From contig NC_043001.1 of assembly GCF_006345805.1 (NCBI RefSeq), positions 90,892,001 through 90,956,000 of the forward strand: DNA of 64,000 bases. The letters run 5' to 3'. The position numbers and the translations under genes were made by a program. Positions within the stretch are counted from its first letter, which is position 1. The number at the start of each line of letters is the position of its first letter. Origin of the DNA: Octopus sinensis (lineage: Eukaryota). The notes under the pieces are model-generated. The model ran no database searches and was not told the origin of the DNA. It worked only from the letters and a program-made list of their open reading frames with translations. Of this stretch, positions 14,101 through 26,900 are shown one piece after another.

Positions 14101-17100
14101 CGTGTCTGTGTACTGAAACAGGTCTTTCAGTGTAGAACATCTAATCTCTCCAACCAAGTTTTGCTTTAAAATTTCATGCATACCTTTGTGGAAGTGTCTG
14201 TTCATATATTGCTAATTTATGCCCCATTTTACTTTGCTAAGAATTGTTGGTTAACTTTTTACAAGTGTAGATATTTGCATATTTTTGGAGCAGTATGTTT
14301 ATGCAAAACCCTAAAGAAATATTAAATTTTTTTAGGGTTTTACTTAATACGTCTAGATTCAACTTTTGATTATATAAGTAAGTTTTGTATATGTATAGGT
14401 ATGGCTGTGTGGTTCCCATCCACATAGTTCTGGGTTCAGTCCCACTGCATGATGCCATGAGCAAGTCTTTTGCTATAGCCTTGGATTGACCAAAATCTTG
14501 TGAGTAGATTAGGTAGATGAAAAGTGAAAGCATGTGTGTCTGTTTGTCCCCCACCACCACTTAGCAACCGCTGTTGGTGTGTTTATGTCCCTGTAACTTA
14601 GCAGTTCAGCAAAAGAGACTGATAGAATAAGTACCAGGCTTAAAAAAAAAGGGGAAAAAAATACTGGGATCAATTTGTTTGGTTAATATTCAAGGTGGTG
14701 CCCAAGCATGGCTTCAGTCTAATGACTAAAATAGGTAAAAGGTAAACTTCCAATCATCCTGTAAAAGCCTCTTTCACTTTTCTAAAAATAATTTGCTTTC
14801 ATGCTCTTTCAATTTTTAGAATCTTTAAATCTCTCTCAATTGTTTGTTCACCTTACATCCTGCATCAAGATCACCCATTAATGATATTTTGCTTTCTGAA
14901 ATACTTTACCCTATGTTTAAGATGATTGGATGATAGAAATAGTAGAATGTTAGATTTAAATAATACTTCAGAGCAATGCTACTCAGTGGTGGTCCGCAGA
15001 CCGGTGCCGGTCTATGAGCAATCAGCTGCCGGTACATGGCAAGTTTCCAGAAAAACATAAAATGCTTATGTAGTATTATTTGTTTACAAAATAAATATAA
15101 AATAAAAAAATGTCAACTTTTATTATATTAATTATATTGTTTCCAGTATAAATTAATACTAGCAGTATCGCTCAGTGTTGCTTGGGTTTGTTTCAACCCT
15201 TTAGAATTGGAATTTTTGAAAAGTAAAAATTTTGCATTATGTAGCTTATTCTCTTTAAGTGAACATTTTTCTGGTTGAAATATACTGAAAAATGGCGACA
15301 CAGCAGTTAAAAAATCGTAAAAAAATAGGGATTTTCATAGAAAAAAAGCACCTTTTTGATGTAAATAATTTTTGGTCTTAACATGGTCCGATTTGAATTT
15401 TTTCTTCTATGGAAGGAAGAGCAAGCCTTCTATCATACTCTCAATTTTGGTCAACTTGCGCTGCAGGGTCTTGGAAGAGATAGTGTTAGTTAAAGGCTAC
15501 CAAACCTGCCATACACAGACAACTTCAGCTTTATATATATATATATATAGAGAGATTAAGAAATATTACCAGTCCCCAGCACATTGGGGGGTGGACTGCT
15601 GGTACGCCACATCAAATAGTTTGAGATGTACTGCTTTAGAGCATTTATCTGTATCATTTGGTTCTAGATACATAGCCATGTAAAGTTATGTAATGGGATT
15701 AAATGACTAAACAATTTCTACTATAGATTTGTATCTTTGTGGCACGATCAAATGAGTCCTCGTAATTCTAACTTCTGCTCTTCCATACTTGCATGGGTCA
15801 GATGGAATTTGTTGAGGCAGATTCTTTACTAATGGCTGACCTGCCACCAACTCTCACCTGTTTCCCATGACTTTTTCCAAGCATGACCCGTTTCCTCATG
15901 ACTAGACATTATTCACAGAAGATTAGAAACAAATACCGCTGCTGTATAAAAGCAACACTTTGACTATAATGTAATTTCAAGACAAGGAAACACACATAAA
16001 ACAGGCTTCTTTCAGTTTCTGCCTACCAAATCCATACATAAGGCTTTGGTTGGCCCAGGATTATAGCAGAAAACACTTGCCCAGGGTGCTATGGAGTATG
16101 ACTGAACTTGAAACCATGTAGTTGGGAAATAAACTTTTAAATCACTTAGCTAAGGCTATGCCTTTTAATTTAACGTCTGCTTTTCCATGCCTTCATGGGT
16201 CAGACAGAATCTATTCATCATCATCATCGTTTAACGTCCGCTTTCCATGCTAGCATGGGTTGGACGGTTCAACTGGAGTCTGGGAAGCCCGAAGGTTGCA
16301 CCAGGCCAGTCAGATCTGGCAGTGTTTCTACAGCTGGATGCCCTTCCTAACGCCAACCACTGTGAGTGTAGTGGGTGCTTTTTATGTGCCACCGACACAG
16401 GTGCCAGACGAGGCTGGCAAACGGCCACGCTCGGATGGTGTTTTTTATGTGCCACCGACACAGGTGCCAGACGAGGCTGGTGAACGGCCACTCTCGGATG
16501 GTGTTTGTTACGTGCCACCGGCACGGAGGCCAGTCGATGCGGTACTGGCTACGGCCACGATCGGATGGTTTTCTTATGTGGCACTGGTACCACAAAAATA
16601 CAAATTTCATTGATGTTCATTGATTTTGATTTGATTTTCACTTGCCTCAACAGGTCTTCACAAGTGTCCCAAGAAGGAAGGTATGCAGGTGGACCGACTA
16701 CGTCCCAGGTAGGGACCATGGGTTATGGCCTCATGTGACCTGCCGGGTCTTCTCGCGCACAGCATACTTCGAAAGCTCTTGGTCTCTGGTCATTTCCTCG
16801 GTGAGACCTAAAGCATGAAGGTCGTTCTTCACCACCTCATCCCAGGTTTACCTGGGTCTACCTCTTCCACAGGTTCCCTCAACCGCTAGGGTGTGGCACT
16901 TTTTCACACAACTATCTTTATCCATTCTTACTACGTGTCCATACCAGTGTAGACGCCTCTCTTGCACACCACATCTGATGCTTCTTAGGTCCAACTTTTC
17001 TCTCAAGGCACTTACACTCTGTCGGGTATGAACACTGACATTACACATCCTACGGAGCATACTGGCTTCATTTCTTGCGAGCTTACGCATATCCTCAGCA

Positions 17101-17878
17101 GTCACGGCCCATGTTTCACTGCCATGTAGCATGGCTGTTCGCACACATGCATCATACAGTCTGCCTTTTACTCTTAGCGAGAGGCCCTTTGTCACCAGCA
17201 GAGGTAAGAGATCTCTGAACTTTGCCCAGGCTATTACTTTAACTCTTTAGCATTCATATTACTTTGTCAAATGTGATGCTTGTTTATTCACATTCATCAT
17301 CATCATCGTTTAACGTGAGGTTGTATTATTCACAAAATATCCAGTTTCTCCTGACTTTAACATGTCACTTATCAACTGGTGCAGTATGTAAAAAATACTG
17401 TTTTCATACTGAATGGTCATAAGCTGCCACTTTTCTACTAATTAATATTTATGATTACTCACCTTATACTCCCAGTATACGCAACCTCTTCCTTGCATCT
17501 AAACTTGAACTTGTAGACCTCTATTTCTGTCACCATTGTTCTCTGAAGTCCTTCTCATCACCAACACCCAAATTGCAGTTTATTATAACAAAGCTTCTCA
17601 ACTTTGATCTCGTTAGTTATTTAGATTTGCTGATTAGTCATATCTTTGCATCTGGTATCTTAATTTTTACTTGTTTGGTTGTTGGTCTGTGGTCATGCTG
17701 GGGCACTTTCTTGAAGGGCTTAATAGAACAAATCGAATCCAATACTTAAGTCTGGTACTTATTCTGTCAGTTTCTTTTGCCAAACCTCTAAGTTGCAGCA
17801 ATGTAAACAAACCTACAAACAGTTCTCTCCCTCTCTCTCTCCCTCTCTCTCTCTCCCTCTCTCTCTCCCTCTCTCTCT

Positions 17879-17909
<31 letters not shown>

Positions 17910-20900
17910 CTCTCCCTCTCTCTCCTCTCTCCCTCTCTCTCTCCCTCTCTCTCCCTCTCTCTCTCCCCTCTCTCTCCTCTCTCTCTCTCTCTCTCCCTCT
18001 CTCTCTCCCCCTCTCTCCTCTCTCTCTCTCTCCCTCTCTCTCTCTCCCCTCTCTCTCTCCTCTCTCTCTCTCCCTCTCTCTCTCCCCCTCTCTCTCCCCC
18101 CTCTCCTCTCCCTCCTCTCTCTCCCCCTCTCTCTCCTCCTCTCTCTCCCTCTCTCTCCCCCTCTCTCTCCCCCTCCTCTCTCCCCCCTCTCACTACCCCT
18201 CTCACTACCCCTCTCACTACCCCTCTCTCTACCCCTCTCTCCCCTCTCTCTCCCCCTCTCTCCCCCCTCTCACTACCCCTCTCACTACCCCTCTCACTAC
18301 CCCTCTCACTACCCCTCTGCATAGAACCACTTCGGCAATTACTTGAAAAAATATACTGAAAATTAGTTTTAACCTAACGGTAAATGTTTGCAACTACATA
18401 ATTCATAATGGATATCTTATTTTTTATTTATTTTTTTTTTTAACCCTTTTAACTCCTCTTAAAGACATTGATTCAGACTTCACCAATTTGATGGAAACGG
18501 TTAATAAATAGCTCTGCAAATGGCCAACAAAAAGAAAGAAAAAATAAGATAAAGTTCAATGAATATCTAATCTTAGGCAAATAAGGGAGGCAACTCCGGA
18601 CGTTTTGGTTTAATTAAACTTGTGTAAAATAATGGCCATAAGTGGTTAAAGTTGTCAAAATTGAGTAAATATCCAAACACACATACTGTAGAAAACATTG
18701 ATTAGTAGATTAGTGCCATCATACTTAATGAAGTTGAGCAATAAAATCTAATTTTTTTTGTCTTTACTTCTACAACTCTATATTAATGTACATAGTATTG
18801 TATATACTAGTGCATATCATTCTCTTTTACTTGTTTGAAATTTACTGTGACCATGCTGGAGCACCGCCTTTAGTCGAACAAATCGACCCCAGGACTTATT
18901 CTTTGTAAGCCTAGTACTTATTCTATCGTTCTCTTTGCCGAACCGCTAAGTTATGGTGATCTAAACACACCAGCATCAGTTGTCAAGCGATGTTGTGGGG
19001 GACACACACACATACATGATGGGCTACTTTCAGTTTCCGTCTAGCAAATCCACTCACAAGGCTTTGGTCGGTCTGAGGCTATAGTAGAAGACACTTACCC
19101 AACGTGCCACGTAGTGGGACTGAACCCAGAACAATGTGGTTCGTAAGTAAGCTACTTACCACACAGCCACTCCTATGCCTATCATTGTACATATCTGTGT
19201 AATGGTTCTTTTATTACTCATCTGGTATATATGAAGTATTGCTTATACTGAAACATGTTGAGATGTTGGATATACCAAGATAACATTTAATATTAATCGA
19301 GTCAGTGATTTAAAAAAATTTTTTTTTTTATACCTGCCCCATCATCATTGTCATTGTTCATTGTCTATGTTCTGTACCAGCAGGGGTTGGACAGCGTGAC
19401 ATGATCTGATGGGTTTGAAAACTGTCATACTCCAATGTCTGCTTTGGCATGGTTTAATGGCTCAATGCTCATCCTAGCACCAGTCACTTCACAACATGTT
19501 GTGTGTGTGTGTGTGTGTGCCCCTGTCTCATCAGTACTAGTGAGTTGCCATGCAGCTTGAATGACAGATACTCTTCAACTAAGTGGGGATGTAATAGTGA
19601 TTTTATGCTAGGAGATGAGGGGTTCAAGTATGAGAGAATAGCCAAAACTGAACAGGTCTCTTGCTGTAAAGGAGTTACATGGTTACTCATATTATAGGAA
19701 AGGCTGAAAATAAGGTGGAGCTTGGGTGGAAAGAAGATAAAGTTAGTGGTAATGAAGTGTCAGGGTGGAACCTCAAAGAGGCGTGTAGAAGTGGAGACAG
19801 GAGAACAAGGATCAGTGGATAGAGGTTGCTTTTACTATCTTTTTTCTCTTACTTGTTTCAGTCATTATTGTGGCCTTTGCTGGGGTACATCTTAGAATTT
19901 TTAGTCAAATGAATTGGTCTCAAAACTTATGTTTTTAAAGCTTCGTATTCATTTTTATAGGTGTAAGGACATAAACATACCGAAACTAGTTGCCAAGAGG
20001 TGACTTCAGTTTTCATCTACCAGATTCACTTACGAGGCTTTGGTTGACCTGAGGTGCCACACTGTAGGGCTGAACTCAGAACTATGTGGTTAGAAAGCAA
20101 AGTTATGACACAGCCATGCTATATATTGAAATTTTCCCTTCTAGTTACATTACGACTTGCTACATTACAGTACTAACTTAACTGTTATTCTTCATGTGGA
20201 TCTTGTCTCAGTTGTCTCTTAAAACCCTTTGATTTTCATTCCATCTTCAGAAAATGCTTAAAGGAAATTTTACAAAGCTATATGCATTGATGACTATTTT
20301 GCTTTGTGATACACATAATTTTGAGTTTAGAAACCTATTGTAAAGATAATGTTTGGTATAGATTTAGTGTTGTTTTACTTGTATTCATCTCTGACATTTG
20401 TAATGATAGAAAAATTTACTTTTCTAGTTGAATAAAGAGCACAGCCATGGCCATGTGTTTCAAGAAGTTTACTTCTCAGCCACATTGTTTCAAGTCCAGT
20501 CTTGTTGTGTGACACCTTGGTAGGTGTCATCTGTTATAGCTCCAGGCTGAATGTTATAGCCTGAGGCTGGCCAAAGCCTTGTGAGTGAATTTGGTAGGCT
20601 GAAAGCAGCACATTGTGTATGTGTGTGCTTATGCTTGCATTTTACAAAAGTCTCTTGCTACAAGTGGTGTTATTGCTGTAACTTCCGTCAAGAAATCGTT
20701 TCTTCTCTTGAAAAGCAGGTGAGGGTTAGTGACAAGAAGGGCATCTGACTGAAACAATGCCTCAATAATGTATTTAATCCATAGGGAAAATAGATATAGA
20801 ACGAAAAATGAATTTACAATGTATTTTTACATTTTCCTTTGTTTTGTTTCCTTCCAGGTTTTGTGGCTTAGATGATGAAATTGTCATTTTACGAAAAATC

Positions 20901-23900
20901 CCCGAAGAAGGTAGTTCTTTACAAAGGTATTGAAAATAAAACGCTCTGTACTTAAAAAAAAAAATGCTAAAGATGTTGAGTTTGTAGAAGTGTCTATAGT
21001 TTGAAACTAGCAGATAACCAAAGAAAAAAATTTAATATATCCTTTTATTTTTTCTAAGGACAACCAGAAATGAACTACAGTGTGGAATTATTTTTCTATT
21101 TTAATGCTTCCTTTTAATCTTAATTATCTAATTGTGTGTTCCGTTTTCACTTCAGCTACATGGGTAAAGGTATAGTCCAGGTGCCTCCAAAAGTCGTATG
21201 GGACACAGTTCGAAATCCACGAACAAAGTTTACTTATGATGAGAGTCTTAAGGTAAGAAGTTTTGAAACTTTGCATAGTGTGGTGATGCATTTGCTTAGC
21301 ATAACGCCTGATGGCTAATTTACTTTTGAATTTTATGAATCTGATTGTCATTTCTAGCTTTCCTGAGAAATAGATAAATCTTAAAGTGTCAAACTTTTGG
21401 CTTTTCAAATTCTAAGGCCTCTCTTCCAACTCTTAACATACCTGAAACTGCTTCATAGTTTTGAAAATTTAAATTCAAATCTTGGATTAATATCATGTTA
21501 TATAACATTAAATTTCAATATATAAACATGTTTATCAATTTATTTCACTAAACCTCTTATAGTCTCTGATTATTTTGGTACTTTAGACCTAAAATGACAG
21601 TATATTCTTTTTGGAAATGTGGTCACACCAGGTTAAGCTTTCTAAAATGAATTCAATTTATAATGGTCATTGAATTGTAACAATGGGGTAGTCAAAAAAA
21701 GCTTGTAATAAGTGGGATGGTGGTTAAGGTAATTTGAGAACTGTTTTAAAACGTATGACTTATTTCCCCTTGTAACTTCTTACATCCGACTGACAGCATG
21801 AATATACTCTGTAGATGCTTCTTGATGCTTCCGTTTTATCAATTTCTTTAAATCTGTTTAAGATGCTGTAAAAATAATTTTGTTCATTTGAGAATATATT
21901 TTATTAATTCAGTCTGAAGTTTTTAGTAAAATGCAATTAAAAAAAAAGATTGTGGAATAGAGAAAAAAAGAAAAAAATTGAGCTTAGTTCTTCAAACTGA
22001 ATATATACCCATCAATTATCTAGCCTATTTTGTTATCTACAGCAGGCTGTAACTGTCTATGCTGTCCATTTACAGTTGTTTAACCCCAGGTCAGTCCTGA
22101 TCTCGCAGACATATTGTTTTTCTTTACAAATGTGTATTATCTGGAATTACATTATCCAGTTCATTCTTTTAACACTGTATAAAATTTTTAAATATGCTAA
22201 AATTAGCAGAATACCCTCCTCAAATCATAACCTACAAACTTTCTCACGAGCTCTTTCATTTAGTTATGTACTGGATGAGTGAATGAAAAGTATCTTTCTT
22301 CCTCAGATATGTCTCCCAGCTCTTAAGATTAGAATTATTGACCCTTCATCTACATCCCTATAGTCTTAACCAGTTTTCACTTTCAGATATTTTTTTTGCA
22401 CTTTTTTTTTTCTTTTCAATATTGAATGTTATTTCACTGTTATAACTATGTTTTTGTTTGTATTTCAGAAAGTTGATGTTTTGGAATCATTTCTTGAGAG
22501 CCTAAAAATTGGTAAGATTCAGTAAAATGTTATATTTGCATATTTAAGATTTAATTGATGGAACCATATTTCTTTAGCTCTGGACCATTCTTTGTTGTGT
22601 TTTTGTCATTAAAAAGTTACAAGTTAGCAATAACACAAGTTATTGTAAAGATAGAATCAGGAGTTGCTGAATAAGGAAAATGTGTTGGAAAATGATGGTA
22701 TATATGAAGTGTATCTAATAAATACCAGCTATTATGGTTGTTGTAGAAAGGGACATTAAAGTTATAAAGACAGGGAAAGCAGCTGCACCATGTTGGATAG
22801 TTGAGATAATTACAGTATCCTGATTGTCAATCAGGTAATATTGGATGTTTGTCTCTAATGACTAATGTAGCATTATCATCATGAACTGCCACAATGGTAA
22901 AGGAAATGCTTGAGAAAGAAGCAATCATTAGAGGCATTAAACTGTTGGATCAATCATAAAAGTGACAAGGGTTAGCAAGGAGATAATTAATGAGTTTGTG
23001 CCTGGATGTGGAACTGATGTCTTATTCCTAATGAGACAAAACAATTTCTTAACCAAAACTAAAGACTTTGAATTCATTCATTTGGAGAAAGTCCTGACAA
23101 GGTACTGTGTTCCACAAACTGGTTGGTAGTCACTAAAACAATGGAAAGATGAATGATTTGTGAGAGGTGTACAAGTAATGTGCTGTCAGCAAAATGAGTT
23201 AACAATAAGGTTAGCAAGCAATTTAGCAGAACATATTTCAACTCTTAATAACTGCTAAAACTCTACAAAGCTCAAGTGAGGTCCACAGTCGAGTACTGTG
23301 CCTACATTTGGGACCATGAGGTTGCTGTTTACATTGACATCCTGGACTGCATCCAGAGAAGGGCCACTTGTCTGATTGGCATTCCATCACAAATGGACAC
23401 ACTTCAGCTTCTGGCTTGTGGGCATGCTGTCTCTTCTGTCTTTTCTATTGCTACTATTATGGCCTCTGGGTTGGACTGTTTGCTATGGAACTGGATCCAA
23501 TTGACTGTTGTGGCATGGTTTCTATGACTAGATGCCCTTCCTAACACCAACCACTTCAGTGTTTGCCGGGTGCTTTCTATGTGCCACAGGCATGGGTGTG
23601 TTTATACAGCACCAGTTTGAGTGCATTCTATGTGGCACCAGCACCTGTAAAGGACAATCTTGTATGTATGGATGAAAGAGATTTTACTTAGCTTGGTGTG
23701 TTTTCTCAAGTACAGCTAATCACAAACTTGTCGACTTGTGGGTGCAGACATGACTGAATATCTAAAAATGTTTTTAATTCTTCAGATTGACTTGTCTTGT
23801 GAATAAAATCTTGTAAAAGGAAACTGTGTGGAAGCCTTTCAGAAGGATGACATTGTTAACAATGACTCATGTTGCTTATATTTTTTTTGTTTTTTTTTTT

Positions 23901-26900
23901 GTTTTGCAGTATATTTCTACCATGAAGTGGTTGCACTATTCCGTAAAGACTGCTGTGATGCTTGTGTTGTTTTGAGTGAAAGATTGGAGAACAACCGCTT
24001 CATTTTATCAATGCAGTCAGTAGACTATGAGAATACACGGAGAGACAAGGATGCTACAAAAGCATTAGTTAGTTGATCCTTTTATCTTTTTTTTTATTTT
24101 TAAACTACCAATCACTTGTTACCGCACTCCCTTGCATTACTGTTACTATCACTAACATTGACTATTATTAATACTACTATTGAAACAACCTTCTGCTATC
24201 ACTTTTTTTTCCCTCTTACTGTCACTACCATCATCATTACCATATTTTCTATGTGCAAATTAACCAAATAGGCCAAGTGCTGTGCTTAAAGATGTTTCTA
24301 AATGTTCTTTACTTTGGTAATGTAGTATGGTCTTTCTTGTAATGGTTTATGTTTTAGCCATTACACTGTTTTCTCAACATCAGACATTCTGACTGTTAAC
24401 AGCAATAGACATTCTAACTTAACGATGGAAGTAAAGAATATGTACACCATAACAATATGTTCAGCATAACAAAAACCTTAAACCCTAACCCTAAATAACG
24501 GGTGTATGTATTTACTTTTGCTGTCTTTAATATATACCAAGACTTCATGGAGTATGGGTTCCAGAATTATATAATGCTGTGTTCTAGAATTATAAAATAT
24601 GAAAGCTGGTGTTTAGAAGAACTGAAACCCACCCAGAGCTACCTTCAAATCAATGACTGCTTAGTCTTTTCATAGAATTGTTTTTAAGTGTCACAGAAGG
24701 AAATAAAATTGTTTTCAGTCATTAGTTTCAGACAGTCTCTTTGGCCTACTTATGTCTATTTGTAGGGATATTTTCTCTTTACATTAGCATACCTTAAGTG
24801 CCTTTGACAATGAAACATTCAAGTCCATTGACTCTTCCTTTTGAAGTTTGACCAGTAGTTGATATTGTAACAGTAAACATTTGAACAGCTTGGAAGGAAT
24901 GTCTGACTACTTTCTATTTCAATAAAACTCTTATTTTAAAAGATAATGCCATGATTAGACAGGCAAACATCAACTAGAAAAGTATATTTTCTTCAAAATT
25001 TAGACTCCTTCATGATCTGACCAATATCAAGCTCAGGTTTGTGTTGGTTTGCTTTCCTGCAGTACAGGAGTCACGGACAAGTTGCCTGATAGATGCACTT
25101 TTGATATTGTAACTGTGCTAACAGCAATTTGGACCATCTCTGTATGGACTTGTATAAGCACAAAGATGAAGAATGGAAAAATGAAATAAAGAGCATGGCT
25201 ATTTGAATTTTTTCTTTTTTTGCATCTTACTCTTGTAACAGCTGTTGTATCTCATAATATAACTGATATTTTTTTTTTTTTTTTTTTTTTTCAATTAGTC
25301 CTGAATATTTCCTGATTTTTTTTTCCTGCCACTCATAATGAATGTGCAGTTTAAAAGAAATCTGTTAATACAACCCAAGATGGTTGTGTGCAGTTAGATT
25401 AGCATGGATATAATGATAAATAGCTTAATGTCATTAGGAAAGTAGAATGAATTGTTAGTATGTTGTTTCATCCTAGTACAGAATTTGAAAAGGACTGTAT
25501 TCTATTTTACAGATTAAGCCAAGTGGTTGGATAATTGAGCCATTGGTCAAAGATAATCGGCTGTGTTCTATGGTTACATATATAATGCAGGTAAGTAAAG
25601 GGATCCTTGATTCCCGTTTGTAGTATTCTACCTGAGTATTGAATTTAAATTGGACAATGCATTTGAAGATAACTAGCCAACTTGTAACTTTAAATAGAAA
25701 AAAAAAAAAAAAACTGAGCAAAATAATATAACTCAGTGAAAAGCTTCAAGGGTGGTGTATGTTATTTTTCTTTAATTTTGGTTAGTGTTGAATACTTCAT
25801 GTTGATGGTATCTTCCTTGTAGACATGTTGGTCAAAGCAAGCTGATATGACAAAGAGTTTGTGGATAAAACCTTATTCAAGCTGTTACTCTCACATATAG
25901 TTGATGCTAGAATATATCTACCTATCCTGCGAATATTTCTGGGAAATTTTGTATGAATTTCATTAACTTGACACAGGCCCGTTTTTGTAGACATGGGATA
26001 TAGTTAACTGAATTGACCTCAGTATATTTTTGTCAGTTATTTTATTTGCTTTAAAAGATGGAAATTCAAAGTTCACATTAGCAGCATATGAGCTCACAAC
26101 ATCTAAAACATCTTGGCAAATAGATTCATCATCATTTGAACTAAATCTATCACTTAAAGAAAATATGAAAGTTACACACCCTAATAGGTGACCATACTTT
26201 TTTAATACTCAAACAGAACAGGAAAGGGTCTCTATGCATGCTTGTGTGCATGTACATGCGCGCACACACACACACACACAATATAACCTTTCCATTTTAC
26301 CATTTGCCAAACCTACTTGCAAAGATTTGGTCAGCCTAATGCTGTAGTAGAAGAAACTTTCTCAAAGTGCCTTTTAATGGCAGAACCTGAAACACTGTTA
26401 GGAACCAACTTTCTTAACCATACAGCCATACCTAATCTGTTTTTCTATTGTGTATGTTTTCATTTAAAAATAGTGATTTGACACAGATAATGAGCTGACA
26501 GAAATGGCTAAGTAGTTTTGTCAGTTTCCTTCACAATGATTTTAAAGTCCTTACGAGACCAAGTTTTTTTTTCCATTGTCCTGTGATCAGTAAATTAAAT
26601 ATCAATAATGTACAAGGATAGAGTCCATTAGTTACACCTACCCACCTACAAATTGGACTGATGCTTAGTAATAAAATCTATAATGATGATGCTGGCTATT
26701 TTATACCCTCTAAAAACATGTTTGAGCAGTGGTAGTTTAAAGTTAGTAGTAGGGAAGCAGATTTAATTTGATTGCTTGGTGGTAGGATGTATCAAGGTGT
26801 GTTGAAAGAAATTTTCACAGTAGATTAACCTTTTTGTTAGATTATTTCTATTGAAATACTCTGCCTTTTGTTTCAATTTTGAAAAATATTGAATTTAATC

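Noticed and set aside
17671-18359. Long ORFs of 217, 188 and 169 aa
   Set aside because: Translations of the CT-rich low-complexity tract (poly SL/PL/ER); no splice or protein-family support.
20911-20912. Alternative donor gaag|gtagtt in exon G (and alternative acceptor at 7144)
   Set aside because: Both give phases incompatible with the adjacent exon.
24476-24494. CCCTAA telomere-type repeats
   Set aside because: Only two perfect units; too short to call an interstitial telomere and probably part of a decayed repeat.
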